Source of the DNA: Eutreptiella sp. 'Long Island Sound 2002'
Taxonomy: Eukaryota; Protista; Euglenida
Assembly: GCA_964036045.1 (NCBI GenBank)
Contig: OZ038378.1
Span: 188,232,001 to 188,296,000, forward strand
Length of the DNA stretch: 64,000 nt
Direction: 5' to 3'
In this document: in pieces, positions 27,901 to 39,900 of the stretch
How the letters are laid out: each line of letters begins with the position of its first letter
Numbering within the stretch: position 1 is the first letter of the stretch
Position numbers and translations under genes: made by a program
Notes under the pieces: generated by a model
The model's database searches: none
Told to the model about the DNA's origin: nothing
The model's input: the letters and a program-made list of their open reading frames with translations, nothing else

Positions 27901-30900
27901 GCACCACCACTGCCACGCGGTCCGACCGTGCCACTAGAGTCTTGAACACCCCTGCTTCAACGACACACGCTGTTGCCCATGGTGTACTGAGCCCGCGCAA
28001 TCTTCCCGCCCAAGTGTGCCTCTTGGGAATACTTGGGGCTGGTGGGGGGGAGTGTTGAGGGAAATTCTCAATGTGCTGAGAATTTTGCCACCCACCCTTC
28101 CCACCCTCTGTTTGTGATTTCGTCCCCAAGTCACTCCCAAAGGTCCTTTCCAGTGCACAAGCCTGCTCCATGATTTCAGGAACCGGCAGCATGGCACACG
28201 CTGCATACATCGACGGGTTGGCAACGCTGCGAGCAGCAACGGGTGTGAAATGCTGCGCTTCGCGTCTGTATTTACCTGCATCTGGGGCATGGCTGGTTGT
28301 GGTCCGCCAGGGAATTGGAATTCTAGAATATTGGATTCTAGAATAATACAAGGTCCTTGGATCCATACCCTGAACACACTACTTTTTATCTTTGAGCATT
28401 TGCGGTGTACGCTTGTTCTTATGCCACAATCTGGAAATTTTGTACCCAATTTTGCCATGGTATACCAGAATTCGTGCCAAATCTTCACCGCACCGAATTT
28501 CGCCATTCCAAATTTTGCACGTTCCAACTTCCCCCCCACCCCCGGTAATCTGTGACAGCACAAGTAGCCAAAGCATATGCCGGGGCATGCGTGCCCCAGC
28601 ACGTGCTCGGCCTGCGTATGTACAGGGAAGTGTGGTTGTGTGTGGCCCAGGGACCGTCTCTGGGGAAGGATGCCATGCGTCGCGCATTTGTTCACGTGTG
28701 AACAAGGATGTGAGCATGTGTTGTTACGCGCAGTCATACGGCCTGAGCTCCCGTATGGCCTAGGCTTGGCATTGGTGCGTATCCAACCGAGTGGAGACCA
28801 GTGTGCAGTCCTGGGTGCGCAGCGCACGCAGGACACATGCACATAGTCCATGCAGGCGTGCATGCACCGCCCCTCTGTGCATGCATGTGCTGTCCGTGCA
28901 CGTCCTACACCTGCGGTGGATGTCTCTCGCCCCCGTCCTCAGCAGGAGGATCTGTGTCTTCGCGGGCGAGGACAGCCCTTGCTGATCCAAGTGCCGAGCG
29001 TCCCCGCTGCGTTGTCGCAAGAGGCACGGGTTGAACGCCTCCGGGCCTTGGGCACACGCAGAACAAGAGCGACCTCTCCACAGACACAAGGGCACAATCA
29101 TGTAGGCAGCTCCCCTCCCGAACTACATCCTGACAAAAGGCTCATAGCGACACACCGTACCTCAAAATGATCAGTGCTATGAACAGCACCCCAAAAGTCC
29201 GTGCTACGCACAGTTCATCTGAACTACGTACGCGGGGTGTGAAAACATCATTTCCTCCGGGCTGCTTGGCTGCCCAAGTCACAACTCTTATCAGGGCTGC
29301 TGCGAAGAGGCAACGCCGTTGGGGAGTATGTCACAAAGGCCCAGTCAGTGTGCCCGTTGGTACTTCCGCTGTACGCCAGGACTTTTTTGAGTGGAAGCAT
29401 TTTCCTTTTTGTTTCTTGTTCAAGAATGTCAACCTCCAACCGCCGTCGGATACCCTCCAACTATCGTCTGGACGGCCCGAGTTTTGCTTTAATTTCAATT
29501 AACAAACATCCTGGTGTACGGGGGCTGCATACACAGGTCGGGGTTGGCACTGGTTTGTATGCATGGCATATCAAATCCATCAGAAGGGAACGGGAAGAGG
29601 CAGTGAGACGGACATGGACAAACATAGGGCAAAGGGAGGGGTAAGTGCTGCGTGTGCTTTCGGTTGATGTCATGGGCAGGCGTGTGCTGAGTGTGGCGGA
29701 CACGCCCTGCCGTGTGGAGGGAGGGTGGGTGGGGGTCAGTGGCCAAATAGAAGTTTGTACTCCTGTGCCAACAGACTGTTTCCCCTCATGAGACTGCTGC
29801 GGACGTGTTCCATTCGACTAGTATTGACGTTTTTTTGCACACATTATGCACATGTCTACACACAACGGTCATGCCTCAAGCACATCCCGTGTTCTGTCAC
29901 ATCCAATTTAGAAGCCCCTCTTGTCCTTTTGTCGTGGCGTCGTTCGCATAGTTTCGGGACCGGCGCGTACTGCTCATGCATGTCCTGTGCGCGCATGTCC
30001 CGCGCGTACTGTGTACACATGGTCTCTGCATGCCCTGCGTGCCTGTGCTGCGCGTACTGTGCGCGCATGGCCTGTGTGCGCTGCGTCGGTTCCCAGGCCC
30101 ACGTGCCCTTCCATGCACCCGTGGCCACACACACTCACACTCGTGGCAGATGCAACCTCGTCGGATGCGTTTGAGGGGCTGTTGGCGCTGCGAGATCTCG
30201 GAGGTACGCCCCAGATACTGCTGCTGATACTGCTGTCTGCCCCGTGGGGCACAATGTTTCTTTACAAGCGCGACATGCACGCACAGCACGCGCAGCACCT
30301 GCTGTCAAGTGGCCGTTGGACTCATCCCGTTGTCAGTCAAACCGCATGGCCGTCTGGCCGCATCCGGTCGCCAGAGGACCAGAACGGCATCGTTCGACGA
30401 TTTGCCGTGTGCAAACGACGATTTGGCGCGAGCGGGTCGTGTTGCCGGTCGCTGGGCTGGCAGCAGCAGCACCTCCTTTTTCACCCGTTTTCCCACCCCC
30501 CAGCCACCCAATGGCCATCGTGGATGTGCGGCAGGGCATAGCCGGGGATGGGGAGGTTGTGCGGGGGACAGATTCTGTTGAACACATTCTGTGCGGACGT
30601 TTCGTACATACTTTTGTCCGGGTGTTTAATAATTCGCGGAGCATATTTTCGCAAATTCTCCCATTCATTACCACAGGCTAAACAGTGCCGCATGTGATTC
30701 GATATGAAAACAAGATTCGGGCACAAGGTTCTTCACAACAGCGGTGCAATAGCAGGGGACTGGCAATTTTTCAAGCTCTCTCTTGTTTGTCATGGGCACA
30801 ATTTGGCCCCTGTACAGAATTTGTTCGCCCTGTTTTAGGGATTGGCAATTCAAATTCACTGATGCAGAAGTTTCCCCGCACAGTCGCTCCCCCCCTCCGG

Positions 30901-33900
30901 TAGTGCAGGCCAACTGCAATGCAGAACATGAACCGAAGGCCAACAACATGCTGCACGTACGCTGCTGTTCCATCATGATGGAGGGGGGTCAAAATGTCAA
31001 AAATTCGATTTGAACATTTTCTATTTTTTGAGGTGTTTAGGGTGAAAACTGCACATGATCAAATACCAAGCCTCTTGAGGCCACGAAACGGCCGCGTGAC
31101 CGAGGTAGGCAGGTTGTGGATCAGTGCTGCACAGGAAGATGCGTTTTTCAAAAGCACTCCGGACATGGTTCTTAGGACAGGTATCCGTGAGGCGTACCCT
31201 TATGACACAATCGGCAAAAAGGCACCTCCCAAATTTCTGTGGGAGCCTAGAAGAGTGCAAGATGGCCATGAATAAATCCAATAAACCGCCACATTCCATG
31301 TTCCACATTCAACGAGCCCAAGTATAGTATCATCCACCACCCTATGAGGATTTCTGACAGGCGGTGCGTGGACCCGAAAGAATTGTGGCATTTGCATGCC
31401 AATGGTTGATGCGTGGACGACACACACGCAAGGTCAAAAACATGCTGTCTTTTGATCATTAAGGGTGGTCATAACATCACAAAAGATCGGGTTGGGACTT
31501 TTTGATTTCTGAGCTGCCGAGCGTGAAAAAAGCAGGTTGTGCACCAGCGTTTGGAAACGTTTGTCCGCGGCCCTCCTCTGTTCATCTTTTCCTTCAGGAA
31601 CGCTCTGAAAGCAGCTGATGGCTGTCCATAATGACCTCAGAGCGAGCACCACTGAAATGGCCCTTTTTCCTGACGTCCTCTAGTTGCACAGAAATTTTTT
31701 CTTTGGGCCCATGGCCTCTGCCCTCAAATCCCCCCCAAAACGATGCCTTACGTGGCCCAAGGCCGGGGGGGGGGTCCTCATTTTTTGGGGGTACTATTTT
31801 TGGGCAGGTGTGTGCCACGTTTGATTTTCACGTGTTAATCAGTTTTCCTTTCTGTTGGCTGCAAGAGAAAACTGCTGCCACGTGCCCAGAAGCTTTTGGC
31901 AAGCTCGGGTATACATGGAGCCAGGGTGAGGCTGTCAGCCTTCGGTCTCTGCCTGACTATAAGTATGATCTTGGTGAACATTTTGGAGATATTTTTGTTA
32001 CAGGGGCTGATGGGGCTAATGCAGCATCTTCTGCAGCTGTGGCCCATGCGTGTGCTGGTGTCTCCAATATCAAAAAGCAGATGGAACTGACTTCATTCTT
32101 CAAATGACGTTTGCTCTGAAAAGTGTACCCTCGGTTTGTTCATGTTCAGTTTGCTTGGGAGGCTCAAGGGGGTACTCATTTGGCAGACTGCTGAATAGGG
32201 CTAGAGGGGTACTAAATTTGGGGGGGGGTACTAAATTTGGGAGAGTACTAAATTTGGGGGGATACTAAATTTAGGGGGGTCCGTCTGTTGGCCGCACATG
32301 TCTGATCTGACGTTCAAACCAGCCCGTAGTTGTGCCAGGTTCACTTTATGCCTGTGCCCCCCCCCCCCCCCCCCCGGAAGCGGTGAGCAGAGGGACAACT
32401 GTCCCATTCTCCCGCACCAAAATACATTGTCCCACCGTCTGGGAACAATGCAGACCATTTCCTCCTGAAAACCCAGACCAGTAACCCCCTGCGCCCCCCC
32501 CCCCCCCCTCAAGGCCAAGGCCTTGTGCCAACCCCCCCCCCCCCCTCACCAGTGGGTGTTGCTCTGTTGTGCCCACTGACAATGGGGTCGACGGTGGCTC
32601 AAGAACAGTGTCCGCTGGCTCCCGCATCGCTCCATCGCCAGCCCCTGGAGTCCGGCGTACTGTTGCAGGGCTCTCTGGCTTGCGCTCCCTGTCGGCGGTG
32701 TTCAAAGCTTCGCAGTACGCCGCACTGGAACGGGGTATGCGCCGTAGTTTGGGTGTGCACCCGCCGAACGGAGGAACGAGGGGAGAGAAGCTGCACCGCG
32801 CTTCCAAAGGACCCAATGGGCCGTCAGGCGGTGGTCGGCCCCGCTGTATGGGCGACACAAGTGCTGCTCCGCATGGGCGTAGGTCTAGGGGTCTGGAGGG
32901 GGGGAGGGGGTCCCCATCTTGAGGTCATACACTAGTGCCAGTCACGAACATTGACATGCACTTTGACTGACAGCCCAGGGAAAGACTGGGCAGGGCACAG
33001 GCCACGTGCATGTCCACAGGTACTATGCGCACCCACTGCTTCCAGAGAAGCATGGTGCCATGGAGATGCAGGGCCAGTGAATTGCGCGGGTTCATGGCGC
33101 GCAACGGCTCCAAAAAAAACTCACGTACTGAAAGGACGTAGAGCTTGGACGAGGCTACGTTTGCACACGAGAAGGGGGTGGGTGGGTGAGGGGGAGAGGC
33201 ACGCAGGGGCGGTAGCAGACGCTACGCAAGGGGAGGGGGGAGTGCGGGTGCTGTGCGAGGAGTCTCCACTCAATGTATGTCACTGGATGGGGAACCGGAG
33301 CCTCCTCACCACAACCTCAGCTCCAACCGCCACGGCTTTGGCTGCCTGCGCAGCTGCTGCCTGCGGTCCAGAGAAGAGGGAATGCTGAATGGGACTGTCA
33401 CTGACCCGTGACATAGCCACGGCACCGTTCCACTGTGCGGATAGTGCCGTTGCGGTCGGGGGGCAGCGTGTGAAACTTTGTGGGGACAGCGTGGGAATGG
33501 CGTGCACGTTGGGGAACCTGAGCATTGAAGAAAGGGATGGATCGCAGGAAACACAGTGGTCCGCCGCAGGCTGGAACGCCCCAGAAGCCCAGAAGACAGA
33601 ACATTGGGCCTCGCGCACGCACAATCGACGCCACACTTACCGGCCCCATGGCCGAGCAGGCAACGGTGATCCGACGCAATTTGCGAAGGGAAGAACGGGG
33701 GACTGTCCAGCGCCCCGGAAGGAAACAAAGGACGGACCAACTGTCACATGGGGGGGGGGGTGGCGGGCTGCCTGGTACGGGGGTGAGGGGGCATGGTGTC
33801 ATGGATGGTGTCTGCACGCCTGTCCTGCCCCTGTGGGGGCGGTTGCCCACAGCCCTGGTCGGGCAGGATGCCACAACACCGCCGCACGTCCAACACCCCA

Positions 33901-36900
33901 ACGCATTCCCCCCTCCCCCGCCCCGCCCCCAGTGAGGGACCACCTCCCAATTTCCGTTTCGCCGCCGTCTGGGGGACAATGCAAGTGCCTCTCGAAAACT
34001 TGAACAGCCGCGCACGCCTGGCGCCGCGTGCAGCACCGCCGCAAACGCGCGTCGACTGCCGCGCAGCTCCGAAGGGTAGCGCGTGGCGGGCACCCTCCGG
34101 CCCTGGTTTGGGCGTGCGTGTGAAGCCACGGGCTGCGACGTGCAGGAGGGGGGCGTCGGGATTGGGGTCGCTCGGAGGAGGCGGAAGCTGATCGGAGGGA
34201 GGCCGACGGTGGTCTTTGAGTGTCCGTTGGCGGTCATATGGTGACCGTCGGCGAGGGATCATCGAGAGCGGTTGAACAGTAACCAGCGCAGTCTTTGCCG
34301 GCGGTGCTCGCTCAACATCCACATCCAAATACAACCGCCGTGTGTCTGTAGGGACCCAACAGCCCCATTCACCGATACTCTGTTGCACGTTTCCTCAGAT
34401 GCTCGGATTCCAGGGTTTCCAGCGTTGAGCGTACTGTCGCATACGGCACGCATGCAAGGTACTGCTGCTGCTTCCCCTGCCCCCCTGCCATGGACCCCTG
34501 TGCAAAGCCACGGGGGTGGCCTGCCGTGGTATCGCATTGAAGGGGGTTGGGCTTGACCAGGGCGTAGGGCCAGGGTGACACGGTGCCACGACCCTTCCCA
34601 ATACATCATTTGCATCACAACGCATGGGCCCCTTAATGGCCACCTATTCGCAACAAGACCCTGCAAGCCGTCTCAGGCGGGGAGGTAGCCCCCCAAACAG
34701 TCATTCCAACGCTCCAACGAACCCCAACTGCGGCGGCAACGGTTTGTAACCGCCGCCCGCCTGCTCCCCAACTGCTTTCCCAACCAAAGTCTGGGAGTGA
34801 CTGAAGGTGAAACCTGTCAGCGACGGTAGGGGAGTGGACACCATGGGGGCAGATTGCTGCAGTGGTGGGCAGTGGGACTGACATTCCTCACTCAACCCCC
34901 CCACCCCCACCCCACCCTTCCTACATACACACCTCAGAACCACGCACAAAGTCCAGAGGCGCACCCCCACAAAACATCACCCAAGTGCGCGACCGGAAGC
35001 ACCGACCGGCGAAACTCCGTCTCAGCCCACCCCCCCCCCCCGTCTGGTCATGAGGCCACACATTTTTAAAGTGTTGTGTGCGGAGTGTCTGGGCACCCCG
35101 ACCGCGCCCCAACCACACGACGCAGAAGGAACGTACCTCCGTGAAGCTGTGAGGCGGGCCACTCAGCACAGTCATTCGTACCTGTCAGCCCCCCCGCCAC
35201 CCGACGTAGTCGCAGGGGCAGCGGCTGGGGCAAGAGTGGGGGTAGGGACCAGGGCCAGGGCAGGGGTGTGTACAGGGGCGAGGGGTGGCCAGGCGGGGAA
35301 GCCGGCAGGCCCCTGGCTTCCGGACGCAGTGGCGGGTGCCGCCCATGGGTCAGTGGTGTGTTGTCTGCCTCCATGCGGACCGACCGCATCGCATGCCTGC
35401 TCCCGTCTCAGACCAGCAATCCTCCTGCTTGAGGGCCTTGTTCACCGCAGGCAGCAGACCCAGAGTGCAGGGTATGCCCCCCGCCTCTTGGCGGCCTTTT
35501 CCCTCACTTGCCCTCCCGGCCGCCTTGGGAGTACACAGGGGGCTCATTTGACGTGTGTCGTGAGCACAAGGTGCCTCCGCTTTCTCGGCAGGCAGATCAC
35601 ACGGTGCCCTGACCATGCAAATGCGCAAGCCCACCCGTAATGACAGTTTACAGCAAATAGCTATCATAACAAATGACTAGGTACACTATGGTTATTGTTG
35701 TGATAGCAAGCCCTTGTTAAGAGAGCAAAGAATGAGTTCCATCACAACCACATGTAGTAAAGCCAGCCCCTTGTTCTGACAAGCGCTCGTTACAATTGCA
35801 AGCTTTGGGTCTCATGGCAGGCACTGGGAATGCCTCCATTCCGCAGGCGCCGCAGTGTAAGGGTAATTTGCCGTGGGCCAATTAGCACCGCATTAATTTC
35901 CCTCAATTTTGCGTGACCCTGCCTACGGGGTGGTCGGTCCGGTTGGGAACATGTTGTGTCACTGGGCTGTACAAAGGGAGACATTATGTGGGCACCGCAT
36001 GCACGGCACCGCACTCCCTGTACCCGGGCTGCCCGGTGCCGGGGCGCCGGCTCCTGCTCCAGCTCCTGCGGGGGCCTACGGCGGCCGACCTTTGGGGTCT
36101 GTAACGCGCTGCACGTATCGCGGAGAGCCCTTGTGACGTTTCGTTCACGACGTTGTGTTAGGCTGGCCTACAGAGCGCCAGTGGGGGAGGGGGAGTGGGT
36201 TGCAATAGGGAGCCCCTGTGATAATAGCGAAACCCTGAAGCACTTATTATTGTCGCAAGCATCCGCAAGCATTTGTGGATAGCAAGCACTTGTTGTGGTG
36301 GCAAGGCACGGTCAAGCACCAGGTATAATCGGGGATGATCAAGTTGTTCCTCCTTGCTACTCAGCCAGTGGCGTTTGCCCTGCATATCTCCCGCAGTCAC
36401 GAGCACAGTCACGAGACTCCGCAGCTCAAACCAGAGCACGATTCACGTATGTGCCCTGCGGTGGAGGGGCAAGGCAAGGGGCAGGTTGTGGTATTCGGCA
36501 CAAGTCCATCTGATTTGGGCGACCTTGTTACTGCTGGTGTGCGATGCAAATGAGGGCCACAGATCCCCCGCCCTAGGTCTCCCAAACGTGTGTCCCTGGA
36601 GGTTTTACCACGATACAACCAGCATCCAGAACTCGACGTCAGCCACAGCCCCACTGAAATAAAGATGAGAAGAGTCGCGATGAAGAGGGAGCGGACTGGG
36701 TGGGGGAAACAATTCGCCCCAGGGGCCGGCGTCATAGAAGCACCAAACCGCAACGCAACAAGGCACCCCGAAGGCGCCCTCAGCTGCTGCCCGCAGTCAG
36801 CCATTTGACAGCCGTGTGAGCCCCACTACTCCTTGCCTTTCGTCCCCGCCCACCGACCCGCTCACACTTGCTCCATGCCTCTTCTGTCTGGCCTCGCTTC

Positions 36901-39900
36901 ATGATGAAGAAATCGTCGACCTCTGACCCCCGTCACCCGTGGGACATCCTTGACCCAGCGATGGCCCCGTTTCAGACCGTCGCATCGTTGGTCTCAGCAC
37001 ATCCGCTTTTGGGGCACCGCAATGCATTGCATGGCCTCGGGGCAGGGGGGCGCGCGGGAGGGGGGCTGGGGCCCACGGGAGGGCGGCGAGAGGGATGGAG
37101 GACCGCGTGTTGAAGCCGCGGCCACGCTGGTTCACGCTGGACAGACACGTCTGTGGGACGTTATTGCAGGATGCAGTTTGACTGGGGGGACGGCCGTCGT
37201 CGTTCCGATGGTTCAACCCCCGCTTGGGAAGCACCCCGAGGACTGCTGGTGCTCACAAGCACGATGGCCCCGTGGTGCCGCCGCATCTTGGCCGCTGCTT
37301 GCTCACGGCGGGGGGGGGGGAGGGGATGGGCTACATATGCATCATCCAGACAAGTTTGTGCAAAACCTGATGCCATTGGTCCTTGTGGTTTGCCACAAAT
37401 CATCTTTTGAAAGCACAAACTTCAGCGTTTCCCCCAAAGTAGCCCAAGTTGACAGGGTATGGCAAGGTATGGTGTTGAACAGGCTTCCACAATGTCCATG
37501 AAAGAAAGCGTGTGTATCGCATATGATGACGGGGAAGCTGCAGTTTCCACACATTTGTGGGCCATTGTCCGCATCCCCCCCCCCCCCCTGGATGTTGAAC
37601 CAGAACCTGAACCTGATCCCCCACCGGGCTAACGTGTCGTGCCAGACCCCAACCCCCCTGCGGGGGGGGGGGGGGGGGGCTTGGTAGTCCCCTCCTTCCC
37701 GCCGTCAGGATCCCCCCCCACCCACACCGATGGTGACCACTGAGGAACAACCGACTGGGGCCCCAGCGGCTCCCGGAACCACTTTTGGCTTTGGGGCCCT
37801 TTAGTTGAGGCTCGACTTCGTCTGCTCCGCATGTTGGGCCAACGAAATGTGGGGACCGTGTGGGAAGGGGTGGGGGTTGGGCTGAACCCCCCGCATGAGC
37901 GGTGGTGCGCGTCCTCCAGACGCCGATGCCGGACGCCCAGGGGCAGAAGCAGCACTTGTGAGCACAGGGACAGCCGGTCCCACTCTCACCCATCGACAAT
38001 ATCTTCCCCCTCTCGTCCGTGCACAAGCCATGCGGACAACGCCCTTCTTAAAAGCCCAAACCCGTGCGTACACCCGGACATACCAACTGGCACAAGTACT
38101 CAGCCTTCATGGCACACCCCCACCACCCCACCCTCTGCTATGCCCCCGCTTTCCTCAGGCATCCCCTGTCAAGCAGCCCGTCAAACAGGCACATACCAGG
38201 GCCACGCCGCCGTTGGTTCGTGAGCCCCCCGCACCGCCTGCCAAGGCCTCGCCACAGGTCGTCCTTGTGCCCCGCTGCCGTGGACGTTCGCGCGCCCCGG
38301 CGTCATTTCTGGGATGCGCCGATGTTACGTTCTGTCTCGCCGCGAGTGTCCCGTGCAAATCCTAAAGATTTGCGAAAATAATTAATTCCTGGCACAAAGT
38401 ATTGTCATCCGCAAAAAAAAAACCCCAAAAAAATTAATTATTGGCTTCATGCCATACGCAAAAATGGGTTCCGCAAAAAAAATCGCAAAAATAAAATAAT
38501 TTTTGCCCCTGCCCCCCTTTTTGCAAGAATACCAGGATTGTGGGAGAGTTTGCCCCACTGCTTGTTGTCCCCCTCTTCCGTGTCTCATGCCCCATTCTGC
38601 ACCTTGCTTTTTTTCAGAGAATGATGCACCCGGGATTGTCACAAGTGTTCAAACAGTGGAATGTGGCTGTTGATGTGCCCCAAAGCAGATAAAGGGGCTA
38701 GTTCGGGATATTGTTGCCAGTCTTTTTGTGATTAGAATTTGTTTGTTGGTTGTTGGTACAAAGGAGTAAACCCGCGGGCCGAGGCTCTCTCCTGGGGGGA
38801 CTGGTAGACCTGAACCATGCTTGTTGGTGCCTTCTGTGCTATGGACTGCAATCCCAGAGTCCAACTGATCGACATTTGTATGCCTGTGTACTGCAATCCC
38901 AGAGTCCAAGGTATGCACGGTTTCTTGCAGTAGCACCAAAATGAATCAACCCCAATACCCAAAACGCAAAAAAAAACCGGAAAAAAAACTAATTTTTGGT
39001 CCAACACCCTGCGCAAAAATAGGTTCCGCAAAAAAAATCGCAAAGAAAAATATTTTTTGCCCATTTTTGCCCATTTTGGATGCTGCCGCAGAATTTTTGA
39101 TTATTATTAATTCAAAACACCCAACCCAAAATTAGGATTCCGCGAAACCTTAGGATTTGCACGGTAGGGCCGGAGCAATCCCTGTCCCCGCGGCCGTCCC
39201 TGTGCGATGTGGCCCCAGCACAGACCCAGTCCTCGATCCATGTCTTCAGGAGGCGACTGGTGTGAGGGTCAGCGCGCACGTGCTGGACGCCGGCTACATT
39301 CCAATGCAGGTATGGGCACTGAGGACATCAAAGGAATTTTTGTTGAAAAGCAGGGCCGCCCGGAAGGGTCCAGATCCCCCCCCCCCCCTCCTACCCCCCT
39401 CTCTTGGGGGCAGGGATCATGAACATTTTGTTTGCAATTTTTTGTCGTTTTACTTTTGCTTCTGTGCATTTTGTGTCGTGTTTGTTGTTTTGTTTTTTTC
39501 TTGCTTGTTTTGTTCGCTCCTGTATGTTGTGGTTTCCTGTTTCCATTGTGAGCTGTTCCCTTGCTGTACGTATACGTATCTGTCTTTGTCTACAACAAAC
39601 ACATCCACAAACGATACCATGGCAATGTCTAAGCCAGTGATTTGCGGCATATGCCACAAGGGAGGACACAGGGCTTTCGAGTGCCCTGACCGGAACGCAC
39701 GTGGTCCTGCTGGCCCGAGGAGTATCACGCCGTGTTGGAGTTGTGGCGAGCTGCACCACTCTAACAATTGCCCCGTGAGCGGAACGCCAGCGACGTGGAG
39801 TTTGTTTGCTCTGTGGATCTGAAAAGCATTGGGTCCGCCAATGCGACCGGTATACTGACACAATGGGAAAATACTCTTCGCCCAAGTCTGCCTCAAACGC

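Larger units (their letters stand above)
26090..28590 (+). repeat. Older, diverged duplication (about 26090-27080 versus about 27790-28590) carrying the paired 63-nt exons
   Basis: Shared blocks TGATTGGCGTGACT, CTTCAACGACACAC, CATCGACGGGTTGGCAA and GACAGCACAAGTAGCCAAAGCATATGC. Confidence 0.8.

Noticed and set aside
25902-33365. Further weak phase 1-1 exon candidates (25902-25973, 27275-27355, 28734-28814, 28992-29051, 30310-30366, 33321-33365; also 6800-6859, 36474-36536 and 46989-47048 outside this span)
   Set aside because: They are 3n and open, but have weak splice sites or little motif similarity, and such segments arise by chance. They need RNA-seq.
39421-39600. Pseudo-LTR pairing of the T-rich 5' region with the T-rich 3' region (44850-45100) of the PLE
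   Set aside because: They share only composition and one 12-nt word (TTCCCTTGCTGT), with no alignable repeat.
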